From positions 186,001-250,000 of the forward strand of contig NW_013547019.1 of the NCBI RefSeq assembly GCF_000711695.1: a stretch of 64,000 nt of DNA. The letters run 5' to 3'. Source of the stretch: Tilletiaria anomala UBC 951 (Eukaryota). Of the stretch, positions 12,501-24,621 are shown one piece after another; positions within the stretch are counted from its first letter, which is position 1, and each line of letters begins with the position of its first letter. The notes beneath the pieces are model-generated. The model made no database searches. It was not told where the DNA came from and saw only the letters and a list, made by a program, of their open reading frames with translations. Made by a program: the position numbers and the translations under genes.

Positions 12501-13855
12501 TTGCGATGAACAGTTGCGCCATCACAAGCGACAGTGGCGGAAGCGCATACATCCAGCCTGTGCAAGCAGTACCGACTGCGCAGCGTGAGCGGCGCAGCGC
12601 GGACTTCACTCGGCGCGAATCACTGGTGGCACAACATGTTGCTCGCAAAGTCGGCAAGAGCAAAAAGGCGGCGACGGCGCTTACAAAGCGTAGAGCTAGG
12701 GGTCCTTTTGATAATGATTCTGAGGAGACGGACGAGGCAGAGCGCTCAGAGGGCAGCAAGCTGGAGGCAAGAAAGGAGACACTTGCGCAACTCACGGGCG
12801 AATCGTCCTTCTCTTTTCACGATTCAAAGGGAGGCGGTAACTTCTTCCTAACATCACCGAAGCTGAATGGCACGGGTGAAACGGCTCACGACAACGAGCA
12901 GTCCCCAGCCATGCGCTCACCATCGCTGCGCTGCATCTCCGCCGTGCGTCTCGAGCAAAGGACGCCGTCACGCGCGGGTAGCACTCGCGGCCGAGGACGG
13001 GACCTGGCGACACAAGTGCGCGTGAAAGAGCTGCACAAGAACTCGCCGCTCGCACCTTTCCTCTCGCGCTTGGGCTCGCATATCAGCACCACCAGCAGCA
13101 GCAGCGGGCGAGACATGCTTACACAGGGGTTAGGCATGCAGCGCGGTGATAGCGTCAGTAGCGTAGCCAGTAGCGCGGCAATGGTCAGGGAGGACAGTGT
13201 GGCGAGCGCAGTGAGCGCTACGTCCAGCCCAATGATCCGCGAGAACAGCATCAACTCGATGGGCAGCTTTGCGGGAGTCAGGCCAGCGTTCGCGGCGCAC
13301 AGGGAGGGCAGACGACATCTCCGACGGCTCGCAGCAACGCACGGTGAGGATAGCAGCAGTGGCAGCAGTGCAGAAGAGGAGGCTGAAGAAAGAGAAGAGA
13401 TACGAGACCCCGATCCGATTGCCATGCGAATGCCTTGGCAACCCGCGATGGGGGAAACGGACGATGACGTCTACGCGCTGCAATCCATCTCGAGCAAGGA
13501 AGGTAATCTCGACATGGGAATGGGCCTGGGACTCGGGCGCAGTACGACGGACCTGCGCATGGTATCAACGACACCCCAAACTTCGCACGACTCGCCTCTG
13601 GCCATCGTGTCGGACAGCCCGCTAGACCGGTTTACCGACGGCTTGCGCTCGGACTCGAGCCTCGCACCGCACCTGATGAGTTCGACGCTGCTGACGCCGA
13701 GCGATGTCCGACTGGGCGGACCCGGATTCGAAGGAGTGGTCGCGGAGCAAGAGTTTGGAAGAGGTGTTGGGGGTACCCGAGACGGAAGGGACGAGTGGAT
13801 CCTCAGGAACGTGCGAGAAAGAGTCCAGACACCCCTTGACTTTTTTAGCTTCTAA
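9554..13855 (+). CDS. Large (~1400 aa) low-complexity hypothetical protein
   Basis: ORFs 9554-11662 and 11780-13855 are in the same frame and join through a 90-nt intron 11659-11748 (GTAAGC...GCTGAC...CAG). Ser/Arg/Ala-rich with no recognised domain. Confidence 0.75.
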
Positions 13856-14629
13856 TGAAGATCAGCGCATCACGTGTACAGTACATCGTTGAATTGAAAG
13901 TTCAGCAGCTATTGTGGCCCACATTTCTGGCTCGGCCGAGATCCAGACCATAACCCTAACCTCCGCTTGCCCCGTTGAAGCAGCAAATATTCGATTCAGG
14001 CCTGCAGCCTTTGGTGAGATGATTACAGTGTGAAGCCTTAATCAAGCTGTATTGCGCGTTTGCATCGCTTCGTGTCGCGAACCGCGATCAATGAGAGCGT
14101 AAATGGGTCACGTGCCTCGTCAAGGAAAGGGGAATAACGGACAGACGCGCAGGCGCATGGAGGGGCAGCCTGTTGAGTCTCAATGAGTTGGTCATATACT
14201 CCGCCATCTAGTCTCGCCGGCGGGAGATCTCTCTGGGGTGCGTGACTGTATGACTTTCGATGGCAGCTAGCCAGCTGAACCTTTCTCGCTCCCTTCCAAC
14301 ACTTGGAGAGATCCCCTGCATATCTGTTGCTCGCCGCAGCCTGCTGCTCGTTTGAGTCCCTTCGCGCACGTCCTCAGGGCGTCCCCCGCCTGCTGACCGC
14401 TGCTGCTGTGGCTGTCGGGAGGAGTCCGAATAGCGCACAGACGTAACGCTATCCCAGCCTTGGCTCCAGGATGCGTCACAAGTGACGGCCTCTCTTCTTC
14501 CAGCTTACATCATCAGCAATCCCTCCCCCTTAAACACGGTTCCAGCCGCTCGTCCGATTGAGCAATATCCATTTCGCACAAGCAGACTCAAGAAGCTTCA
14601 AGAACCAGAGTGGCAAACTAATTAAGGGC

Positions 14630-17100
14630 ATGGTTGATGTCAAAGAAGAATACGCCAAGCTTGGCGGCCGCGGGTCCACGTTGCTGGGGGGAATTTAATT
14701 GCATCGAACCGTGCAGAGAGCTTGCTCCGATTGCCTTCTCGCTCTTCTTCCTATGTTTTACGCCGCGTCCATACAGACCTTGCACTCCGCCCTGACAAGG
14801 GAAGCCACGCCGGTCGCCTGATAAATGTTATGAGCAACTTGTTCCCCATCAAGCTTAACTTGCCAAATTCAGACGAGGACGCTTTCTCGGGCACTGCCTT
14901 CCATTATGATATCGATATTAAGGCCATCATCAACCGTGAGGAGCCACTCAAAGGTGCATCAGACAGACGCCGCCCTAGTGACAGAGCCGATGTCCAAAAG
15001 CTCCTATCTCTGCGACTATCCTAGCGTATTTTCGAGCAGGCTGGAGAGCGTGGAGAGCACGGACTGACCCCCAAGGTCGCCGCCTCCTTTGCTTTTGATG
15101 GACGCAAGAATGCGTATATAACCTAACCCCTATCATTGATCAACTTCACCCTCGAAGTTGAGCTACCTACTTCCCCAGGCCGCAAGTCTAAGGGCCAAAA
15201 CAAGTTCAACGTACAGATCCGCAAAGTCAATGAGGTTGACCTGTCCATCCTGGAGGACTTCTGCTGTGGAAATGGCGAAAAAGTGAACACCGGTGATGAA
15301 AAGCTGCTCAACAAGGTCGTCACTGCCATGTAAGCTCTTGACATTTTGTTCAGGCACGACCCTTCCAAGATCTACAAGGTGCACAGAGCCGGCGGCAGGA
15401 AGTTCTTCAACGGCAACAAACCTGCACGTGCCGCCCACGCTGCGCAGGGCGAGGTTGAGGCAGATAACCCGCCGCAACCTCTATCTCTGACACCCATGCA
15501 GGTGCAGGACATAATCAAACAGTCGGCACAGAGGCCCAAGGAGCGCATGAAACGCACGCACGAGATCCGCGAGAACTTGTTCTATGACAAGGGCGAGGTC
15601 GTGAATAACTCTGGGGGGGAGGGGGGGAAGGGGGGTAGACAAGGAAATGCAAACCACATCTGCTCGTGGCCCGCCGCCTCCCAATGTGACTTACTCTGGT
15701 CACTCGATGAAGACGAGGGACGGAGGGTGTAACCTGGCCAATGTTAAGTTTTGTAAGGGGCCGACTCGCGCCTCCGCTGCTGGGCCGTCATCAACTACGC
15801 GCGCCGCAGTTCTGGAAAGATCGCACTTTGTTAACCGCGGTCTCTGCGAGCAGATGCACGCCCTCGGCGTCTACATCGAGAAGGAGCCCGTGTGTCACAC
15901 CGTCGACATGCGTATTGTCCCTTCCGGCAGCTCCATTGCCGCTGCTTGTGTGCCATGCGTCTCTCAGGAGCTCAGGGCCGCTGGTAAGCTCGCCTGGGAG
16001 CGCACCTGCAGGTCCATGGACCCACAACTCTTTGTCATCTTCCTCGACGGCCAGGAGGTACCACTGCATGAAGCGATCAAGCATGAGTGCGCTATGCGTC
16101 CCAAGATCCTCGTCCCCTCGCAGGTTCTGCAGGTGAAGAAGGGCCTCAACGACCGTGGTCAGTTACAGTACTGCGCCAACGTCGCGATGAAGATCAATGT
16201 TAAGCTCGGCGGTATCAACCAGATCGTCGACCCCGCTGCCTTGCCCTTCATAACCCCTGGCGCCATGGTCGTCGGCATGGACGTCACCCACACGGGCTCC
16301 AACACAGGTCTTCCCTCGATCCCTGCGTCTGTTTGCCGTCATCGACTCGGACATCGGCAAGATCTCGAGCCCGATCAAGTCGCAGTTCAACCAGTATCAG
16401 CGTGGCCGCCAGTCCCAGGAGATCATCCTCAATACACGGATCATCTTTGAGGAGCACCTCCGCATCTGGCAAAAGTATCACAACGGTGATTGCCGTCAAG
16501 CATCATCGTTTTCCGCGATGGTATCTCTGAGGGCCAGCACGCGCACGCCAGGGACCTTGAGATCGAGGAGATCAGGAACGGCTATCACAGCCTGCAAAGC
16601 GACTGCGAGCCGAAACTGACGTACGTTGTGTGCACGCGCCGCCACAACATCCGCTGCTTCGCGCAGAACGACAGGTATTACGACCGCAGCGGCAACCTGC
16701 CCGTCGGCACGGTAGTCGACACAGGCGTCATACACACATTAGCGTACGACTTTTACATTCAGGCGCACGCGGGTTTCATGGACTCGGCACACCCGGTCCA
16801 AGTACATTGTCCTGCGCGACGAAAACAGGCTCGGCCTAGACGAACTGCAAACGATAGTCAACTCGATGTGCTACGACTACCAACGTGCCACACGCGCCAT
16901 GTCGACCGCACCGGTGTGCTACTACTCGAACCTGCTCACGCAGAAGGTGCGCGCGCTCGTCTACGAGGATGGATTTAGCTTCGGCGCGAACACCATCAGC
17001 GACGGAGACAGCGAGTGGGCGCAGAGGGACGTCGTGGACGTGATGCCGTTGCTCAACCGAACGTCCTACTTTGCCCCCTCGCTTTGTTTCCTTAGAGCGC
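14630..17100 (+). pseudogene. Argonaute (QDE-2/Ago-like) pseudogene
   Basis: N domain (RPDKG..GRLINVMSNLF, FHYDIDI, FAFDGRKNAY), *ALDILFRH, L2 (SAQRPKERM), MID (QYCANVAMKINVKLGGIN) and PIWI (VVGMDVTH, IIVFRDGISEGQ, KLTYVVCTRRHNIR, GNLPVGTVVD, DFYIQAHAG, MCYDYQRATRAMSTAPVCYY). In-frame stops at 15022, 15124 and 15331; frameshifts near 15640, 15760, 15810, 16335, 16490 and 16797. Confidence 0.93.
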
Positions 17101-18420
17101 ACGAGTATGTGGACGCGATGTCTCTGTCACCGAAAGCAAGCGGCCGAGCGACCAGGGAAGCAACCAACCAAAGCAACGGTGCAGATAGACAAACAAAAAG
17201 GAAGAGTAAGCACGATGAAACCTTTTAGATCGAAGAAACCGTCAGTGATGCCCATTGCTCCCACAAGAAAGAACGACCGCGGCCCAGTCACTGGTCGAGT
17301 TACCTAAGACATTCAATTTCCTCCGTGGGGATGAAATCCGTGCGAACTACGGCGGCAGGCACAAGCGCATGACCATTCTCATTCTTTGGGGCGCTCGTTT
17401 GCGCCATGATATGCTCGAGCTAACTCATCTCTGGCGGGGTCAGTGACATCCACATGCGATCCGTCATTCCTTCTTTAAAGTTCCCCTTCTCTCTGGCGCC
17501 ATCCTCGTGTCTTTTGCTCCCTGGCAGCCTACCCAATCTAGGAGAGGCGGCGCTGTTCACTCCACACTGCTTATATGTTTCTCTTGGGCTTCAGAAAGTC
17601 ACGCATCACAAACCCAAACTCTCACCCCCCACCCCCCAATTCGCTGTCGTCAGGTCTGGCAGCACAGGTGAGAGGATCATGATGAGAATGTTTGATCCAA
17701 ATCGAGATGTGCGTTGAGCACTCCTAACCAATCTGTACAATATCCACCCCTTCTGCTAGCGATCTGACTCATTCAGTATCGACAGCAATAGCCTCCTTGA
17801 CGAGCTGGAAAAAGTATGTGAATATTTTCTCGGCCTGCGTGGCACTGTCCAGGAGCCAAGCCACTTGCTTTTTTGAATGCGATTCAATGTACTGACACCG
17901 AGCCTGGAGAGAGACACCATCAGAGTTTTCCAGCTGGGGACCCAGTCATAGCGAATATTGCGACCGTGCCACCGTGATGCAGGGGTTTATCTGCGGTGCC
18001 GAGCGTATCAATGAATAAATATGGACGGTTGAGATCAAGCAATACTTGGAGAGATCGCTTGAGAGAGGCGGATGGTACATCTTTCAAACTGCACGCAGCC
18101 CTTCTCAGTCACACATGGTTGCGCACGAGCCAGCCCAAAAAGGTGAACAACAGCAGATACACAATACATCATGACCGTTGACCGATCCCCCTCCCCCATG
18201 GGATCGATTCACCTCTTATCCCAAACATCCTGTCCATACATTGGGAGTGTACTGCTGTGGAGGATACAGGGCCTACGTCCTGAACAGCGAGAAGAGGCGC
18301 TCGCATAATCTGGACTTGTCCGCGCGCTTGACGCTGCAACGCGTTACCTCTGACTGGTGGCAGCTCAACACGCACCGTTGCCACAGGCGTCCTGGGTCCC
18401 ATAGCACCGCTTGCGTAACA

Positions 18421-21400
18421 ATGGTCGGTCCAGGGAAGTCTGCACTCAGGCGGAGCATGGTAATGTTCGTGCTCTTTCTCGCCATTCTCCAAGCACCGCT
18501 GCTGGCTGCCTCAGCTGGTGTCTCATTGACCAATACAACAGTCCGACTACGCCTTGGAACCCCAACTCAATCTGCATTTCTGCTCCCAGACGACCGGTCA
18601 TCAAGGTGCCCACCCTGCCCCGAGCCGTCGTGCTTCAATTGTCAATTGCCGGCCTTCTCCTGCGCTCAGTTTGGGGAGTGTAATGAATACGATGGTCTTT
18701 GTCAGTGTCCGATCGGGTTTGGTGGCCAGGACTGCCTGTCACCGCTGTGCGGCAGCCCAGCCGACGGCTCGAAACGATTTCCTCGGGAAGACGGAAGTCT
18801 CGGCTGCCAGTGCTCAGACGGGTGGGCAGGAATCAACTGCAATGTGTGCCAGAGCGATCGAGCGTGCGATAATTTTCTGCTCGCAGGCGACCGTCTCGGC
18901 GAGAACGGGACATGCTACACCGGCGGGCAAACAATCCGCCAGAATTTCCAGCAATGCGATGTGACCAATCGCAAGATCCTCGACATGCTCCCCGGCCGGC
19001 CGCCACAGGTCACGTTCAGCTGTGATAAGAACAATGAAGGGTGCAACTTTCAGGTGGGATCACAGCGTGCTCCGGCTGCTGAAGGATGACGCTGGCGCTG
19101 ACGCCACCGCGCATCAATTGCTTTCTTGCTCTAGTTCTGGATTGGTCACCAGGAGTCTTTTTATTGTGCTCTAGATCAGTGTTCCGAAACTTTCTCCCCA
19201 TCGCTCAACACAAACACAACAAGGTACGAGTGCGAGAAGGTTCAGTGCTCCTGCATCCCGGGCCGCATGCTCTGCGGCGAGTCAGGCAGCATTGACATCT
19301 CCGAGTTCCTCGCTGAGGAAATCAAAGGCCCTGGCAAGCTCGTTTGCAAATCCAAGGCGGACAAGAATGGTATCCAGCGAGACTGTCGCTTCGAAGAGCC
19401 CGCCATGAACCAGCTCATTTCGGACGTCTTCGGAGATCCAGCCATTTTCCTTGGCTGCGAATCTGGCGAATGCGTGCATTACAGCGAGGTTCCCGGTTAT
19501 CAGCCGCCCACGAGCCCCCCTCGTTCCGTCTTCTGGGTCGCTTTCTCTGCCGCCGGAGCCGTTCTCTTCGTCGCGATCGCCTCGGCGGTACTCTACCTCC
19601 TTGGCCGCGACGACCAGTTCGACCGCGCGACGGGAGCGGTTCGCCTGCCAGAGGAAGAGAATACACGCCTCATGAGCGACCACATGCCCGCTTCGCTGCA
19701 CTTCAAGAACATCTCCTATCGCTTAGGTGAAAAGATTGTCCTGGAAGGCGTCAGTGGCAGCGTCAAACCCGGAGAGATCATGGCCATCATGGGCGCTTCT
19801 GGCGCAGGCAAGACCACTTTCCTCGACATCCTCGCACGGCGCAACAAGCGCGGTGTTGTTGCTGGAAAAACGCTTGTCAATGGAAGGGAGATCAGCAACG
19901 GCGAGTTCAGGCGAATCGTCGGCTATGTCGATCAAGAGGAGACGCTCATGAGCACACTGACCGTGTACGAGACTGTGCTGTACTCTGCCCTGCTGCGCCT
20001 ACCCCGCGACATGTCACTCGAGGCGAAAAGGCTGCGGACACTCGAGACGCTCGAGGAGCTTGGAATCCTGGGGATCAAAGACAGCAGGATCGGAGGCGGC
20101 GGCATCCGAGGAATCAGTGGCGGGGAGGCAAGGCGCACGAGTATTGCATGCGAGCTCGTCACGAGTCCCAGCGTGCTCATGCTCGACGAGCCGACGTCGG
20201 GTTTGGACAGTTACAATGCGTACAATGTTGTCGAGTCGCTTGCGAGCCTCGCGCGCAACTACCGACGCACCATCATCTTCACCATCCACCAACCGCGCTC
20301 GAACATCGTGGCCCTCTTCGATCAACTCGTCCTCCTGGCTGCGGGTCATATTGTCTACTCGGGCCCTTTCGAAAAATGTGTGGGCTACTTTGATGAGATC
20401 GGCCAGCCATGCCCGATCGGCTTTAATGTCGCAGACTACCTCATCGACCTTACAGCAAGTCGCAACGAGAAGTCCGGCAACGGTGGCGAAGAGGTTGACA
20501 TCGAGGGTGCCATCGAGAGTCAGACACCCTCGGCCCCAGCTCCAGCTACAGCCGCAGCCGCACTAGATGGTAACGATACGGAGTTGCGGACGCGTCCTCA
20601 CTCGACTGCTGAGCCGCGTACAACCAGCCTTCGTTCACGCTGGAGCCTCATTAATGAAGATGCACGAACCACTTTCGAGCATCGAGGCAATGGCGCTCAA
20701 CCCGTATCAGAGCGACTGCAGACGTTGTTCGACCAGTACAACGCCTCAAGCATTGCGGCTGATCTGCGAGCCGAGCTGGAGAGCGCCAAAAGCCCCGGCT
20801 CCGAGGCGCAGGCTAACACCGAACTCGATGGCGACGCAGTGTCTGTGTCGACTGGAAGAGATACTCGAATATTCAAGGGGTACAAGAAGGCTGGACTCTG
20901 GATGCAATTCACCATTCTTAGTGGTCGGGCGTTTAAGAACCTAGTGAGTGGCAGCTCGCATCCATGTGCTCAAACCAAATTGTTTGCTGACACAAATCTA
21001 CGCTCGGAAGTACCGGAATCCAATGCTGATGCTGGCTCATTACGCCATGGCAGCGTTGCTTGCGCTCTTCTGCGGTCTGCTTTACCACGACCTCACAACG
21101 GACATCTCGGGCTTCCAGAACCGCCTTGGGCTGTTCTTCTTCATCTTGAGCCTCTTTGGTTTTTCGTGCCTCACTTCACTCGGTGTCTTCGCCAACGAGC
21201 GCGCGCTGTTCGTCAAGGAACGAGCAAACGGATATTATTCACCCATCACGTACTTCATCTCCAAGGTGAGTTTGTTGCGAGTGTGCCATTGCGCTATGTC
21301 TACAATATTAGGTGTTGACGCTGGAAATGCGCGATATGCATTGCTCAGCTACTGTTCGATATCTTACCGCTGCGCGTCATCCCGCCCTTCATCCTCGGCG

Positions 21401-21954
21401 CGATCGTCTACTTCCTCGTGGGCTTAATCCCAGAAGTCACGGCCTTTTGGAAATTCCTACTTGTCCTGGTGCTCTTCTCGCTGGCGGCTAGCTCTGCTGT
21501 CTTCTTCATCAGCATCGCGATCAAGGACACAGGCGTTGCAAATCTTGCTGGATCACTCACGATGCTCTTCAGCTTACTCTTTGCGGGACTGCTCATCAAC
21601 CGCGATCGCATCCCCGTGGGACTAAGGTGGCTGCAGCACTTATCATTTTTCCACGCTGCGTACGAGGCTCTGATTGTGAATGAGGTGAGCAGAGGCTTTG
21701 GCACACTTCTCAACCTGCATCCGACTCAATGCTGACGACCTCCGTGTCTTGCATCTCAGCTGCGCAATCTCTCTCTCAAAGAGCACAAATACGGCGTAGA
21801 CATCGACGTCCCGGCAGCGTCCATCATCAGCAGCTTCGGCTTCAATAGCCAAGCTTTCTGGTGGCCCGATATTGCGACACTTGGTATTCAATTTGGCGGC
21901 TTCACGTTACTCAGCTTGGTGTGGCTGCTATTATTTGTGCGAGAGCGCAAGTAA
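18421..21954 (+). CDS. ADP1: ABCG half-transporter with N-terminal EGF-like Cys-rich ectodomain (Adp1-like)
   Basis: Hydrophobic signal segment, EGF-like [12 protein letters not shown] and [17 protein letters not shown] helix, Walker A GASGAGKT, signature [19 protein letters not shown] and an ABC2 membrane domain. Introns 19054-19134, 20944-21010, 21266-21348, 21685-21759. Confidence 0.93.
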
Positions 21955-22095
21955 AGTACTTCGCTTGATTGTTCCCCCTAGATGATGGACTTTGACATGG
22001 CTGATTGCGGGAAAGAATCGGGCTCATATGTACACTACGCATACACATGTAGCACTATCATGCCCGATGTCGCAAGGCTTCAGGATCGGGTTCGC

Positions 22096-24056
22096 CTATT
22101 GGTTTGCGCCGTGTAAAGCTCGTGCAAGCGGCCATAGTAAGCGATCACAGCCCCATTGGGTAGTGATGGTCACGCCGATCGGCATGCCGTCGCCGTCTTG
22201 ACCGATAGGAAGGCACAGAGACGGCAAGCCAGCAAGACTCGAAGGAGTGGTGAGGACGTCCTGCACGTACTCGGAGATACCTCCATCTGCTGCATGGGCC
22301 TCCTGAATGTCGCTCAGTTTTGGTGCTGCAGACACTGCTGCTGGGTGAAGTAGAACGTCGACACCGGCTTGGGCGCCCGAGCGCGAAGTTCGGACGTCGG
22401 CAATGCCAAAGACATTGTTGAAGTCGTGCTTAATCTCTTCACGCACCCGCTGCGCCGCTAGAAAGTAGTTGCCAAAGAAGCTGAAGAATTGCGCGCTGTG
22501 TAAGAGAATACATCGCAGCAGCTCTGTAGATCAGTTTGACAAAGACTCACTCGGCCGTTAAAGCGTACGTCCCCAACAGTATTCTCCGTTTAACCTCCTC
22601 GCCAAAACCTTCGGATCGGGTCTTTTCACGCCTGTCAATGTCGCTAAGCTTGTCTCCATTGGCGTCCAATGCGATGGCGCGGTAACCAAAATGTGTACCA
22701 TCATATTTGGCCAGGTTACTACTTGCTTCTGCGGAAGCGAGAACGTAGTAAGCGCCCAGTGCGCGCGGCGTTGAAGGTAGATCGACAGACACGATTGAGG
22801 CTCCTCGAGCTTTTAGATCTTTAGAGGCCGAGCATATGACGTCTATTGCGCTCTTTGAGACTTCCTTTGGGAAATATTGCTAAGGTGTGGGGGTTCGGAG
22901 TTATTGGCACGGCTCGCAGTGCTGCATTTGGAAGTTCGTACGGCTCACTTTGGGGATCCCTATCTTAAGGCCTTGAAGGTTTGTCCCATTGATTAATTTG
23001 TCTACACAGCTCTGTTCATTCTGCGCAGCTTTCTTGCGAAGATCTGGATTTGCAGTGGAAGGATCTTGAGGATCAAAGGTATTGATGACGTCTGCACGGA
23101 TTTAGAATGCGTAATTAGATGCTGGCCATGACAGGACACCTGGCTCCATTGATGATGCCCTCACCGAATGCAAGGGCCAGATCATCGCTGTTGTTTGCGA
23201 GCAGCCCTACGGTGTCCAGACTATCCGCGTAGGGCACAAGCCCCCAGCGACTAACAAGGCCATATGATGGCTTGAAGCCATATACACCGCAATACGCCGC
23301 TGGTAATCTGACCGACCCACCTGTATCTGAAGCAAGTGCGCTGTAAAATGGTGTTTCGAGCGGTATTATGACGGTCAAAGCTGGAACGCAGTTGTGATAG
23401 TCACTCTAGAAATGGCTCACAGCCGACATAAACCAGCCTTTACGGCTGCTGCTGCACCCCCAGAGCTACCCCCAGCCGCCCTAGCAGCTTGATCTTCGGG
23501 GGTTGCAGGATTCCGTACGGGACCGTGGAAGGTATGAATGTTACAGGATCTGGAAAGAAAATCTCCGAGTAAGTTACGCTTGCTAGAAAGCGCCAACGAG
23601 AGAAAAGTTAACGTGCTAACCCCATGCCGAACTCGTCGCAATTTGTCTTTCCGATGATGTCGGCTCCAGCTGCCCTTAGTCGTGAGACTGCGGTCGCATC
23701 GTAGCCAGCATGCCAGTCTGCGAAATCAGAAGAAATCAGTTCCATTGCCCCCTTTCTCATAAAGAACCGACAAAATGCTTGGAATGCATACCTGACATCA
23801 TCTTGCTCGAGCAAGTGGTCCTCATGTCTGCAGTACAAATGTTCATCTTCACGGTCGTTCGCCATTGTGAAAGCGGGCCGGGCCGCACGTGCGCTTCGCG
23901 ATCGCCGGATCTCCACTCAACGATGGCATTCCACGGATCTGCAGGCGGCCAGGCAATAGCAGATGATGAGCTCGCCTTGCGTATCAGTTGGAGAGAGTCG
24001 TGCTTGGTACGCTGAGGCACCGTTCTTCGCATCGAGGCGGCAGTGATGGCTTTCAT
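22096..24056 (-). CDS. GatA: Mitochondrial glutamyl-tRNA(Gln) amidotransferase subunit A (amidase family; Her2/QRSL1)
   Basis: [73 protein letters not shown]. About 7 exons, with an Arg-rich acid-free N-terminus from ATG 24056. Confidence 0.92.
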
Positions 24057-24621
24057 AGCGCAAAAGTAAGGTTGGAAGACCAGAGTGGATAGGGACAGGT
24101 GCCGAAGCGGCCGCAAGAGAACACTCGCACGCTCGAATAGCGAAAATGGGTCCTACAAGGCCAACTTGTATCCCGCAGGCGTGGAAACGGTGGTTCAGAG
24201 GCTGAGAAGACTCGCCAGACCTCGTCATGGGACGTTTTGTGATGGTGCCAAACGGTAATCCCGGTACTTGCGCATTCCGAATTGATTATTGCCTGATTGC
24301 GTCACAATCCCCGCATTTGAGAAATAATATACAAGGAATCTCGTTGGTTTCAAGCGGAAACACGGGGATAATATTTAGACTTTTATTGCTTTTGGCCAGA
24401 ATTCGCGTGATGCGTTTTGTGCAACACACGCTTAAAAACAGCGTCAACTTGCTTTCGAGATGCAGCTCTTCGCATCCAACTGTACGTCCGTTCGCTGTTG
24501 TCAAGTTGCATTTGCAAAAACTCTACACTCGTTTCTGCGTGGGCACTCTCTTGAACTAACCATCCCGGTTCGAGCTGAGTACGAGGGTGGAAACGCGTTG
24601 GTGCCAGACAGTATCCGCACG

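Noticed and set aside
14630..17100. RIP-like hypermutation as the cause of Argonaute decay
   Set aside because: Some lesions look like C-to-T or G-to-A changes, but their contexts are mixed, GC content stays high, indels are frequent and no second copy is visible. An ortholog alignment is needed.
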